Shown one piece after another: positions 35,547 through 49,320 of a stretch of 64,000 nucleotides of DNA. Below the pieces are notes generated by a model, which made no database searches, was not told the origin of the DNA, and saw only the letters and a program-made list of their open reading frames with translations. Source of the DNA: Antedon mediterranea (taxonomy: Eukaryota; Animalia; Echinodermata); contig NC_092673.1 of the NCBI RefSeq assembly GCF_964355755.1, positions 16,278,948-16,342,947 of the forward strand. The letters run 5' to 3'. Both the position numbers and the translations under genes were made by a program. Every line of letters starts with the position of its first letter. Positions within the stretch are counted from its first letter, which is position 1.

Positions 35547-38500
35547 CCTAGGCCTATACTTACTTACTACAGTATATACAAACTAAACTAAACACTACAG
35601 TATATACATACATACAACCAGAATTAAAACATGTTAAACTACAATACAACTAAACTAAATACTACAGTACAATCAAAATCAAAACATATTAAAAACTACA
35701 GTACAATCGGAATTAAAACATCTTAAATACTACAAACAATACAATTAATTAAATTTAAAATATGTTAAACTACAAAACAACTAAACTAAATATCACAATC
35801 GGACGAGCATAATTGAAGATTTATTGACATAATTATATGTTTTTTGTTTGTTTTACTGATCACCTGATACATTTACATTAAATGTTAAGTGTAAATAAAT
35901 GAAACGAATGTAGATACAGAAACAAAATCATAATGGTAACAGATTCATTGACGTAATTATATGTTTATTTGTTTTACTATAATATCTCTATGGTTTTACT
36001 GATTACCTGATACATTTACATTTAATGTTAAATGTAAATAAATGAAACGAATATAGATACCGTAGTTAAACAAAATGGTAACAGATTCATTGACGTAATT
36101 ATGTGTTTAATTGTTTTTTACTGATTACCGGATACAGTTAATGTTAAATGTAAATCTTTTTATAATGGTATAGTCCATACAAGTCGAGGTGGCCGAAAAC
36201 GGCACCTGATCCTATTGTTTTAATGGCAGGGCTTTCTTAAGAAGGGCCTAGACCTAGACTTTTTTATTTAGCCAAGCTAGGCCTAGCCTACACAGACAGC
36301 CAATACGGCGCTAGGCCAACGCCCATAATACTAGTAACTAGGCCTAGCCTACTAGTTAGGAATAGTAATAAGACGATCAGAGAAACTTAAACCAATAGAC
36401 GATTTTCGTGCTACGGAAGCCATCTTGCAGAATTAAGATAATAAATGTTTGCTGATGTCTTTAATATGACTGTCTATAGCCCCTGGACCAGTCCAGATCA
36501 AATGTGAGATAACAAATTAGGCCTATTATAAGAGATCTGTGGAGCCCAAAAGTCTTTAGTATGACTTTGAAGCCCCCAAAACGTTTTTTTCTTGGCTTTC
36601 ACTCAATCACCATACTACTGTTATTGAGATTAAATAGTAAAGTTCATTAATAATGGATACAAAAGAAACATATTGTGGTTTTGGTTTACAAGTTGAAATA
36701 ATTAATTAGGCCAGACAAAATATATTGTTAAGTTACCACTCTTCCCTGATCTTTTTAGCCTCTTCTCTTTTTCTTTTCTGAGTGACAACAAAATAACTAA
36801 CAATTACGATAAATCATTACATTTTATTTTACCAACAGGAACAATTTTATTGCATTAAATAGTTTCTTAAAGTTGAAAATATATAGTGATTCATTTGTTC
36901 GTGTTTGAAGGAATTAGTATCACTTTATTTCAAGATGGTAGCATAAAACAATGTTGATGACCTATTAAAGCATAGTACTTTAGTAAAAGAAAAAAAAACG
37001 TCCTTGATGCTTAACAAGTATTATATTTTTTGACCTTATAAACAGGTATTCTAAAATGTGAAACCTCAATAATATATAGAGTATGATTTAAACACTAGCA
37101 TTCGTTTCCTTTCTTTTTGAATAATTGAAGTTGTAAATGTTTTAACTTCCTGTTTTTGCAGTTAAATATTTTGCAAGATTGTTTGAGGAAGTCAGTATTG
37201 TATTTGGTGAATATTCATTTATTTATGGTCAAACACAGTAAAATATTGTACATGGTTTGAAATTAATTTTGTTAAAAAAAAAATAAAAAAATCAGTTAAA
37301 AAGGTTAAAATTTGGTAAATACAGATAAAGCACTCATAAATTCAGATAAAATACAGTACATCATTTAAAATACAAAATACAAGTAAGATTGGTGTGTGTA
37401 AGGGAATAGCATAAAATGACTACTGTTTCCATGTTTCATTGAATTGCCTCATTGCAGTAGGGAGAAACGAGTTTCTCATCCTGTTGGTTTTCCATCTTGG
37501 GTACACTAAACGCCTTGACAATTGCTAAAAAATCACTCACCTGAACTGCATGAGCGCGCAGTAAGCTCTCTATTTGTTAGAGAAAGAAGACAGGGTTTTT
37601 AGTCAAAATAACGATTTAGATTTATCTGCCAATTGTGATATCGATGTTTCACAAATAAGTAGTATATTATGCTATTGAAATTAGTAAATTTTAGGTCATA
37701 ATTTATTATTTCAAGCCCAGCTAGGCCTTCCTCTAGTAAGCCAGCCTTCAATTGGGCGAAAACATGCAGCCTGTCCACCAGGCTACGAACGAGATAGGCT
37801 AGTTTGTCTAGCCTAGGCCTAATATCGTCAAATGGTCATGATTAGAATGTCAAATGTCCACAAAATGATACTATTTATTTAGTATTCTTTCAAATAAATA
37901 CAACTTGTAATGCAAACTTATGAACCAGAAAAAAAATGTTGTATTTTGTTTGTAATTAGTTTCTGATTTCCTACATATTTAAATAACTGTACAGGAAGTA
38001 ATATATAGAACATTACATTATTGCTTCAGGTGCTGAAGGGTTAAGGGGGTGATTTATTATTTTATTATTTTATTAGCTGCCTTCACTATCAATGTATATG
38101 TCATCTACTATAGTGTAATTAATTGTATAAACAGCCCCTTTAATTTAATGATATATTCAGCTTTCATCATATATGCCATTTTCATCTATTCATTTTCATC
38201 TATTCATCATTGATAGAAATTTCTTTGATGCAATTTTCATCATAACCAATAAATTGCGTAAGCCAAAATATGTTCTGCTTGATGTTAATGAATAGTTTTC
38301 AGTTATGACATCGAAGAGAGCTTAGTTGTACAATCTTCTTGGTAAATTCAAGCTAATTTACTACTGATGTTTATACTATGCTGGTTTTGCATAAAATTGC
38401 ATATAAGAAGCTGCATCATTTTAATCGTCCCTAGATAATTTTACTAATTTATCTAAATAAATGATATTAAAGCTTGTTAATATTTTATTTATTATACCAT

Positions 38501-38970
38501 AGTAAAAATTATTTTCACAGCATAGGTTTATAGTATTACTGTATGTTGACCAGGTTTATATAAGATGTTCTATCCACAAATTTTAGAGAATGGCAGGCAC
38601 TAAATCAACAGAAAAAAAAATAACATTGATAAAAAAAAAGGATTCTTGACAATCACAACAGGTTCAATGCAGATCACTTAACCTTAAAGAAGGCAAGACT
38701 GATTGAGGAAGTAATGTAATTCACAAAATAAAGAAATAGGGTGTTGGCCCTTGGTATAACAATAAGCATCTTATAATAGGCAGCTTCTATGATTGGACTG
38801 TGCAATTTTGAATGTAATGTTATTTTATCATGTATGTTTCTTTAGATTCAGTGTGTAAATGTGAGTTGTAATAGTATAGTTATTTATTTCATTTTATAAT
38901 ACTGTATTTTTACTTGTTGTAATTGTACAATGATCGTTTAGTATCAAACAGTATTTATACAAATAATTAA

Positions 38971-39592
38971 AGACACCGATCCCTACGTTTTTTAGATCTA
39001 TTTTAAGATCACAAACTATATTTAATGTAAAAATAATACTATATGGTCCTATTGCGATAACTTTTTTCGTCTTTAAATGGTTAAAAATGTGAAAAATTAG
39101 TCGATTCTAATAATTATAGCGGCCCGCTATAAATGCCAAAATGCATTGCGCGTGGATTGATATTTCTGTTTTTCTTCTGTAATTCACCCACTTTTCGATC
39201 GATCGTGCCAAAACAAATGGAAGACTCCTAACTTTTCAGCGAAAATACCGGGTTTTCCCCAATTTGTATCAACGGAGTCTGGCAAAAATAGAAAGACAAT
39301 TAATGCAGCAACTATACAACGTCAGGCTAGGTATATAGCTAGCGTACGATGTTTGTACTTTACCGATGTTTACCAGCTAGGCCTACAAAACTAAGCCTAG
39401 CTAGGCTAGGCCTAAAGACCGTCCACGAGAGGTCAGTCGCCGCGAGCTACTTAGGTAGTGCATTGTTTCTCACTTTTTATCATAATTTACCATAAAACGT
39501 ACATTTAAGACAAGGAATGACCTGGTTTAATGTTTTTAAAGTAATATATGTATTATTTTTACAAAACCTCACAAATTGTAGGGAAGGTGTCT
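38971..39592. mobile_element. Kolobok-like MITE
   Basis: ttaa-AGACACCgaTCCCTAC ... GTAGGGAaGGTGTCT-ttaa. Confidence 0.78.
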
Positions 39593-40112
39593 TTAATGTT
39601 TTATATTCTAATGGTACAAACAATGGCATCTAGTGTTAATAAGTCAACAAATGACCAAACAATCCTATAGGCCTAGCTAGTAATAGCAATTAGCCTAGCA
39701 AGGTAGAAAGGCAGCAATTCTATTACAAAATTTTGACAAGCAACTGAAACTTATCTACTAATTCTAAAAACTAACTAAAGGATTGACTAATTCTGGTTTT
39801 TTTTTCCAAGATTTCATGTCTTGTAGAGATTAAAGATTAAGAGATTAATTAATCAAAATCATAAAAACAATCTCTAAAGCTATAAATTGAATTGCTTTTT
39901 TTGTCTAATTTAATACATGTATCTCAAACCTGCCAACTTTTTCAGTGGCCAATGCGTGAGACATTAAATTAAATTGTATATAGCGCCCTCTATGTTATAA
40001 TAACTTGAAAAACGCCCTGAGCTGTATGTTAAATTTTTCGCCGAATTGAGTTTGCCTTTCCTGTACTACTGTACCTCAACCATAAAATACAAATAAACAT
40101 AGGCTTTAATAG

Positions 40113-41075
40113 GCCGGTCATTCTAATTACCAAAAACAACCGAAAACAACCAAAACAACTGAAAACAGCCATAAACAACCGAAAACAAAATAAAATAATC
40201 TAAATACCGAAAACAAATTTGTATATACATTTTTAATGTCGCCCTCTACTGATGGTTGTTTCTAGAGTTAAGACCATGACAGAGAGAAGGTTAAGACCGC
40301 GTGCGCAAAAGCCAAGGAAGACCCTACGAAATGGTAGTGTGCACAAAATACAACTAAAAATCGTACAATCAATCAATGATAACATCGCATTTACTTACAT
40401 ACAGAATCTATGAACATATTTTAATTTTAGTCATTTCGATTTTTAATCCAGAAACCAACGCATTTACTCCTCACAATAATTGTGAATCACGTTAATCCAT
40501 AGTATAGAAAGTAAATTGACTATGGTTAATCATGATCAATTTAATTATAGATTTTCAAAGATAATAATACAAAAATGATATTTTAAGAATATTGATAACA
40601 TTAGGGACTATAAAGTATACTTAAAACCAGCTCACGATTAAGGATTCAATAAAATCTATTCAGTAAAATTACCGTAGTCGAGTAAATAACGTTTTTATCC
40701 TTAATCACTTCAGTATAGTGACGAAAATGCAAAGTTAGGTAAAATCATGCTTTGTTTTTGAAAATCTAAAGACTAAAAACGAAATGTGTTAGATTTTGGA
40801 AGTAAATGTAGTCTACGGTGTATATCATTGAATTTGTACGATTTTTTGGAGTTGTATTTTGTGCACACTACCATTTCGTAGGATCTTCCTTGGCTTTTGC
40901 GCGTGTGGTTTTCTCTCTGTACGGTCTTAGCTTTAGAAACACTCATCAATAGAGAGCGACATTAAAAAAAATATTAATTTTTTATTTTGTTTATTGGTTT
41001 GTTTTCGATTGTTTACGGTTGTTTGTGGTTGTTTTCGGTTATTTTCGGTTGTTTTCGGTAATTAGACTGACCCGC
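40113..41075. mobile_element. Foldback element with imperfect TIRs of about 260 bp
   Basis: 40113-40375 is the reverse complement of about 40825-41075 (aaacaaccg repeats; gccaaggaag...cctacgaaatggtagtgtgcacaaaatacaact). Confidence 0.8.
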
Positions 41076-41145
41076 TTAGGCTATTTTATGCTCAAATTAA
41101 ATGAAGTGTAGTCCTGGACTATTTTCCCTTCAAAATAGGCAACAT

Positions 41146-41550
41146 TTTTCAGCATCAATACAATTTTCAGCATCAATACAATTTTCAGCATCAATACAAT
41201 TTTCACCATCAATACAATTTTCACCATCAATACAATTTTCACCATCAATACAATTTTCACCATCAATACAATTTTCACCATCAATACAATTTTCACCATC
41301 AGTACAATTTTCACCATCAGTACAATTTTCACCATCAATACAATTTTCACCATCAATACAATTTTCACCATCAATACAATTTTCACCATCAATACAATTT
41401 TCACCATCAATACAATTTTCATTATCAATACAATTTTCACCATCAATACAATTTTCACCATCAATACGATTTTCACCATCAGTACAATTTTCACCATTAA
41501 TACAATTTTCACCATCAATACGATTTTCACCATCAGTACAATTTTCATTA
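41146..41550. repeat. Minisatellite, 18 bp, about 22 copies
   Basis: ttttcaccatcaatacaa. Confidence 0.97.
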
Positions 41551-41883
41551 TCTGTGCCATTTTATTGATGCAATTTTCATCATGATGATGATTAGGTTTA
41601 AAAAAGGTGGTAAAAAATCCTTTTTTTGAACCAGAGGCTTCCATTGGTACACCATAGAGACAAAGAATCTAATATTAAATAACCAGGCCATTTTCTTGGG
41701 TGTTTATCTTGTTAAGTTTTAATAAATTGCAGTTGATAAAGAGGTTGTTAACAATAACTAGATATGAATATCAATCAATATGTTACTACAAAATAGAAAA
41801 AAAAATCATTAGAAGAATGATTTAAAAATAAATCACAATTGACAATTTAATAATTATCATTGTCAAATTGACCTTATAATATA

Positions 41884-43135
41884 CTAGCAATTTTACCCGC
41901 CCCAGGGCGGGTTTCAAACTTAGTTTAAAGCCTTCTCAGTACATAACACCCGACTCCAGTATCTCCCTATACTCACCAACCCCCAACCCTCTTCAATAAC
42001 TCTTTTTTTTTTTAAATAAATTCTTCCCCCAACAAATTCAATTCAACTTTAGCTTCATAGCTATGATATGCCTATGGTTTAAGTACGTTGTAAACTGTGT
42101 AAATGAATAGGTGTCATATTGGCTGATAATTAAAATATCTAATTTTGGTATTGTGTCCCCCCAGCCTTCTTTCTCCTTTAGCCATCCCAGCCACAATTAA
42201 CTAACTTTAACTCTACCCCAGGACAGTTCAAATGTAGTAACTTTTCCTAGTACAATTCCAATCATTATACTTCATTACGCCAGTATTTCGGCTCCCCCTC
42301 CTCCCTCCTCCCCTCCTCCTTCCCAACACACCCCAGATACTGGGTGATGTGTTTAGACGGTTCCAGTACTAATAATGTTAGCCATCACTCCAACCCATAA
42401 TCCCTCAGTGGCAGTTTTCAAATGTAGTTTAAAATGTTCCCAGTACAGTTTCAGTCATGGTGATAGGCCTACATCCCCACCCCAAACTCTCAGCCCCTTT
42501 CCAGTGATAATTAAAATACTTTAACAATTTCCTACCACAATTCTGGTCAATTTTATAGCCTACCACCCCTACCCTAAGCAAAATCCTCACTATCCCCTGA
42601 ACCCCAACTCTCACATCCTATCTCCCCACCCCCTCTCCCACTAAATCCCCAGACCTTTTGAAATGTAGTTTAAAACCTTCCCGGTACAATTGCGATCATT
42701 TTGATACCCCTGCATATGTATGGTTACATGCAGAAACAGAAATTTGTATAATGAACAAACATCGAAAGTATTTTCACATTTAATTTTTCCTTTTCTCTTC
42801 ATGTCAAGCAATTTCTGTTATTTTCTTCATCACGTCTGTCTAATGAGTGAGTTCTCTCCTTTCAATTAGTTTAGTATGTCAACTTCAGATATTTGGGTAG
42901 TCTACAGGTAGGTTCTAGAATGTGTTTTGACATAATTTTAGTAAAAAGATAAATATATTGCCACATATGGTGTTTCATACATATGCTAATTTATCGATTA
43001 TCGAAAAAAAACACAGTGGTCTCCAAAAAAAATTGAAACGCTATCCGGTGGACTAACATAAAAAAGAGAATATTAACTACAGACTTGGGGCAAGTCGTCT
43101 AATATTTGGGCAACTAATCTTTGTTATATGGATGA
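41884..43135 (-). mobile_element. Non-autonomous Helitron
   Basis: Minus strand: a^TCATCCATATAAC ... hairpin ACCCGCC-ctgg-GGCGGGT, short spacer, CTAG^t. The right flank resumes similarity to about 36826-37020. Confidence 0.7.
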
Positions 43136-44248
43136 TTTTACCAATGTACAGAAACAATTTTATTGCATTAAATATTTTTTCTTTAGTTTAAAATGTATGT
43201 CAGTATAGTGATTCATTTGTTCATGTTTGAAAGAGTTGGTGTCAGTTTATTTCAAAATGTTAGCATAACTCAATGTCGATGACCTATTACAATATAGTAC
43301 ACCCTTCCTCCCCTGAAATTGACACTTAACAAGTATATATAACTTTACTTATTTAATTTAACTTTACAATCAATTGTGTTAATAATTAATGCATTTTAAG
43401 TTAAAGGCTAAAACTTGAATAGAGAAAGCTGATTTGTTTTGGTCTTTTTTGTCATAATTGTTAAAGTTATATTATTATATTATGAGAGTGACAAATAAAG
43501 TATTTACACAAATATATATATTTTGGCATTATGTGTACAATATAAATATAAAAAAAGATATTTTAAGTTTAAACACTCAAGTCGCTAGCATTACAAAGAA
43601 TATATAATTTCTTTTTAAAGAATTGTAGGCAATTTAAAAAAATGTCCTAAATAGGATAGTTTTTGCAGTTTAATAAGCATGACAGATTTGCTCCTGTATA
43701 CTGAAATCCATTAAAGATATATTGTCACCTGGAAAATATATATATATTTTTCTTGAATATGCAATTTTAATTTCATAATAGTTATTCACTTTGACCAAAA
43801 ATTGGAGCGAAAATAAAATTTTTTACCTGAAAATAATGCAAAAAATAGTCAAATTATCAGACAATGGGTTGAAACTGCAGAATTCCCTATTCAAAGTTTG
43901 ATTTTATTAATCTTCATTTTTCATGTTTTTGGGGGACAATATATCCAGTACCCTGTGGACCCCTGTTGAATAAATTTGAACCTGGTGAACTTAAGAACAA
44001 CAATAATTAATGTTTAAATTTAAGCAACAACAAAATAAAGCTTAATGACTGATGATTGACAGTTTGGATTTATTTGTCATTGTCATGATAATAAAACAAT
44101 TTAAAATAAAAAAGTAAACAAAATGTTTTTATTGTACATGTGGATTGTTATTTTTTGTTTAATTTTGCATAAAGCATGCACACTACTCCCAGATAGTGTA
44201 TCTTAGTTTCATTATGCAAATTACGATTTTGTAGGTTTAGATATTCAT

Positions 44249-46012
44249 AATTAGGTGATACATTTTATATAAGGGCACACTCCATACTAATGGGGAATTT
44301 AGGTGTAAGTTTTTATTATTCATATGGATTGTTAATTAGGTGATACATTTGATATAAGTGCACTCTCCATACTAATGGGGAATTTAGGTGTAAGTTTTTA
44401 TTTGTTCATATGGATTGTTAATTAGGTGATACATTTTATATAAGGGCACTCTCCATACTAATGAGGAATTTAGGTGTAAGTTTTTATTGTTCATATGGAT
44501 TGTTAATTAGGTGATACATTTTATATAAGGGCACTCTCCATACTAATGGGGAATTTAGGTGTAAGTTTTTATTGTTCATAAGGAGTGTTAATTAGGTGAT
44601 ACATTTGATATAAGTGCACTCTCCATACTAATGGGGAATTTAGGTGTAAGTTTTAATTGTTCATATGGATTGTTAATTAGGTGATACATTTTATATAAGG
44701 GCACTCTCCATACTAATGAGGAATTTAGGTGTAAGTTTTTATTGTTCATATGGATTGTTAATTAGGTGATACATTTTATATAAGGGCACACTCCATACTA
44801 ATGAGGAATTTAGGTGTAAGTTTTTATTGTTCATAAGGAGTGTTAATTAGGTGATACATTTTATATAAGGGCACTCTCCATACTAATGGGGAATTTAGGT
44901 GTAAGTTTTAATTGTTCATATGGATTGTTAATTAGGTGATACATTTTATATAAGGGCACTCTCCATACTAATGAGGAATTTAGGTGTAAGTTTTTATTGT
45001 TCATATGGATTGTTAATTAGGTGATACATTTTATATAAGGGCACACTCCATACTAATGAGGAATTTAGGTGTAAGTTTTTATTGTTCATAAGGAGTGTTA
45101 ATTAGGTGATACATTTTATATAAGGGCACTCTCCATACTAATGGGGAATTTAGGTGTAAGTTTTAATTGTTCATAAGGAGTGTTAATTAGGTGATACATT
45201 TTATATAAGGGCACTCTCCATACTAATGGGGAATTTAGGTGTAAGTTTTTATTGTTCATATGGATTGTTAATTAGGTGATACATTTTATATAAAGGCACA
45301 CTCCATACTAATGGGGAATTTAGGTGCAAGTTTTTATTGTTCATATGGATTGTTAATTAGGTGATACATTTTATATAAGGGCACACTCCATACTAATGGG
45401 GAATTTAGGTGTAAGTTTTTATTGTTCATATGGATTGTTAATTAGGTGATACATTTTATATAAGGGCACTCTCCATACTAATGGGGAATTTAGGTGTAAG
45501 TTTTTATTGTTCATATGGATTGTTAATTAGGTGATACATTTTATATAAGGGCACACTCCATACTAATGGGGAATTTAGGTGTAAGTTTTTATTGTTCATA
45601 AGGAGTGTTAATTAGGTGATACATTTTATATAAGGGCACACTCCATACTAATGGGGAATTTAGGTGTAAGTTTTTATTGTTCATATGGATTGTTAATTAG
45701 GTGATACATTTTATATAAGGACACACTCCATACTAATGGGGAATTTAGGTGTAAGTTTTTATTGTTCATATGGATTGTTAATTAGGTGATACATTTTATA
45801 TAAGGGCACACTCCATACTAATGGGGAATTTAGGTGTAAGTTTTTATTGTTCATAAGGAGTGTTAATTAGGTGATACATTTTATATAAGGGCACACTCCA
45901 TACTAATGGGGAATTTAGGTGTAAGTTTTTATTGTTCATATGGATTGTTAATTAGGTGATACATTTTATATAAGGGCACTCTCCATACTAATGGGGAATT
46001 TAGGTGCAAGTT
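44249..46012. repeat. Minisatellite, 85 bp, about 21 copies
   Basis: attaggtgatacattttatataagggcacwctccatactaatggggaatttaggtgtaagtttttattgttcatatggattgtta. Confidence 0.97.
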
Positions 46013-46312
46013 TCATTTTGATTGGTTCAGAAATGGTAATGGTAACATGCATAGTGAACAGGCTTGTTGTGGTTTTTGTTTATTATATATATAATTTAAA
46101 TTTATATAAATTATTTAATAATTAAGTTAATATAAATATCAGGATAAGGATAAAACTGGTCAACAATTGTGGACAAATATTTCACTGTCACCTATCACCA
46201 TCCTCAGACAGTGTGTCTTGCTTTTGTGTGTACACTCTTTTATTGACTTAACCAACTTGACTGTTAACATGTTCTTTACAAAAGGTTCTTTGTTAATATA
46301 AGTATGCAAGAC

Positions 46313-47948
46313 CATGGATTAAAGAATAGAAGGATATGCATCGATGTGAGATCAAGGGTTCCTTGACTCTCGCCGACAGACCGCGGACCGCCCACAATGT
46401 TACAGTTTAATTAACCGCATGGTAACAACGAAACGGTCGCGTGCCTAATACTGTATATTGTTTACTGCACATGTGCAACGACATTTAACCTTGTTGGCTA
46501 CGCTTCTTTCGCACGTTCTTTGTTGCACTGTATGTATTCATACATATTTGAACAGTATAATCAGTGGCGTAACGGCTATGTGCGCTCACTGGCTAAACCG
46601 AAGCTTGGGGCCCATGAGCAGTGCCCAGAGGAACAGGCATAAAATATGTCGAAAATGCTAAAAACGTCCGAGGCCTCGATCTTTGAAACTTGGAGGGCCA
46701 CTTAGGTTTCCTAAACAAGTGGCTTCAGGCTTCTGCCTCACGCCACTGAGTATAATGTTTATTGAAAACAGTTATTAAATTACATTGTATGTTATTGTGA
46801 AGACCCTAGTGTACAGCCTGTAGGCCTACTTCATCAATATACCAGATAAAAACAATACTATATTGTTATTGGCTTAGAATTGTAGATGCTATAATTGTAA
46901 TTAGTATAGGCTTCTGCCGCGATTGATCTACGCTAATGTTTTTATGACATTAAAGTAGCATTTTATGACCTGTAGTAGCCCTACATCTGAGACAATAACT
47001 ATTTATTTGTTGTCTCAGCCTACATACATGTAAAATTACAAAATCAGCAAGGATACTAGGCTTAGGCCTTCTAGGCTTACTAGTAAACCATATGATTTGC
47101 AGACATTGATACGGCCTAGTGTAGTAGATACGTGTAATCATGATCTATATACTCACCGTTGTCTTACTTCTTGTGTGAATAATAATAGGTACTTCGTTTG
47201 TTCGTGATTAAGTTTGCCCTGCGTGTACTTTTCAAAACGACCACTAGGTAACGAATCGCAACTATACATAGCCAGCCAATCCCGGATCAGGGATCGCTGT
47301 TTTCATTCAATTAGACCCTGTGATTGGATGTGATGTGGATGACATAACCACTAGCCAATCACCAGGCACTACAATTTAAATATAATCACATCGATAATTA
47401 AGGAGATTTATGAAGAAACAACTGCTTAGCCATATATTAAAAACACGATTGTTGTATGGGTGAACACCGGCCACGCTAACAACATACATGGTCAAGTGCA
47501 TAATTTAATATTCTATAGATTAACGCAATTTTTAATGACAGAAGATGGCAGGCAAATAATGATAATTCAAATATAAAAATTGCATATTTTATTAATATTA
47601 CCAACTACTTAAAATTACCAGTCGTAAGAAAGTGAACTTTTCGTAGTCCGATTGTGATGAAACTAAAACAGAATTATTCAGCAACATATTTTTGTTGTCA
47701 ATTAATCATCGACGCAGACATGTCAATAGAACATTCAGACTGCGCATACGATTTCTACATGGTTACGTTTTGGTCTAAAAAAATGTAACAGTTGATTCGC
47801 AGCGTTTTAGAGAGGGCCGCGGTTAGAGACACGGAGTTCAATTTGAGCGTGTTTGTTTGATTGGCAGCAGTGCTTTAGTATAGGCAAGCGCGTTGTAAAA
47901 TCGTTTGATGTCACCGTCGATGCATATCCTTCTATTCTTTAATCCATG
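46313..47948. mobile_element. P-element-like non-autonomous transposon
   Basis: Perfect TIR CATGGATTAAAGAATAGAAGGATATGCATCGA; 7-bp TSD gcaagac. Confidence 0.85.
46562..46748. mobile_element. hAT-type MITE nested in the P-like element
   Basis: CAGTGGCGT...ACGCCACTG; 8-bp TSD agtataat. Confidence 0.85.
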
Positions 47949-49320
47949 GCAAGACTGACACACAGAAAGCTGTAAACAGGGTGTTGGCACTTAGCATAAC
48001 AATAAACACCTTTGACGATGGACCAGGGAATGGAGGAATATTCAGACATGTACCCACAAGGGTAATTTATTGTTACCAATACCTGCAACTCTTTATGAAT
48101 TTATTGTTAGTGACTGTGAGTTATATTATTCTTGTTTTCATTTCATTACAGTAATTTGACGTTTTAAGCTCTTTGTCATCTGAAAGTTACAAATAAACAG
48201 TACAGTAATAAACAAACGCAAGACACTTGAATTTTGCTTTACTTTATCTAATCCAGCAGAAGTATTTAGTTTGAGAACATAGATTACAATTTTTTTGTGA
48301 TAAACTTATAGTAACCTCTGTCTACACTATAAAACTATTTTGACAAAAAGGTCAGGTCAATTCATACAGGTCATCTTCAGGCAGTAACACCAGCATACAG
48401 GTCATCTTCATTCAGTAACGCCAGCAAACAGGTCATCTTCATTCAGTAACACCAGCATACAGGTCATCTCCATAATATGTCTTTGGCAACTTTTAAATCT
48501 TCACTATAGAAAACATATTTGTATTAACCTTTTTGCCTTCACAATTGTAAATAGTTTTATATCTCTTTTCTTTCTTTTTGATTTTGTTTTTAATTTTAAT
48601 ACAATGTTTACTGAACCACTTTACAAATCAGTACATTTGTATTGAAAGTGTATTTCAGTTTAAAGAAAGAACAAATAAATAAATAAATAATCTTCATGCA
48701 GAAACACCAGCATTATGGAACGCCATCACTGCCTCCGGCAGCAAACGTTAATTCTATTCGGCTCTTTTAGCATTACGTTCGGCTCTTTTAGCATTCGGCG
48801 CATTTCTATTCGGCCCATTTACCATTACGTTCGGCTCTTTTAGCATTCGGCGCATTTCTATTCGGCCCATTTACCATTACGTTCGGCTCTTTTAGCATTC
48901 GGCGCATTTCTATTCGGCCCATTTACCATTACGTTCGGCTCTTTTAGCATTCGGCGCATTTCTATTCGGCTCATTTAACATTATGTTCGGCTCTTTCAGC
49001 ATTCGGCGCATTTCTATTCGGCCCATTTACCATTACGTTCGGCTCTTTTTTATTCGGCCCTTTTTTATTCGGCGCAATTAAATTCTAACCTTTGACATGG
49101 GGTCAAATGGAAGAAAATCAACGGCTGGAAATGAGTCTATGAAAAGTTTACAATTCATCATCATGGCGCCAACCATGGCCATGGTAGCCAATCGATTAAA
49201 GATGTGTTGAATAACCTAAATTTAAGTCATCTTTTAACAAATTTTGAGAGAGAAAGGGTAAATGATTATTATTATTAATAAATGTTAGTCTGACACTAGG
49301 TCTAAGCTAGGCCTAGGCTA

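Noticed and set aside
41081-41644. ORFs (MVKIVL)n and (SPSIQF)n
   Set aside because: By-product of an 18-bp tandem repeat that is open on both strands.
44249-46012. Regular arrays here and at 28678, 31221, 55409 and 61245 as CRISPR
   Set aside because: Units are contiguous with no unique spacers, there are no cas genes, and the context is eukaryotic.
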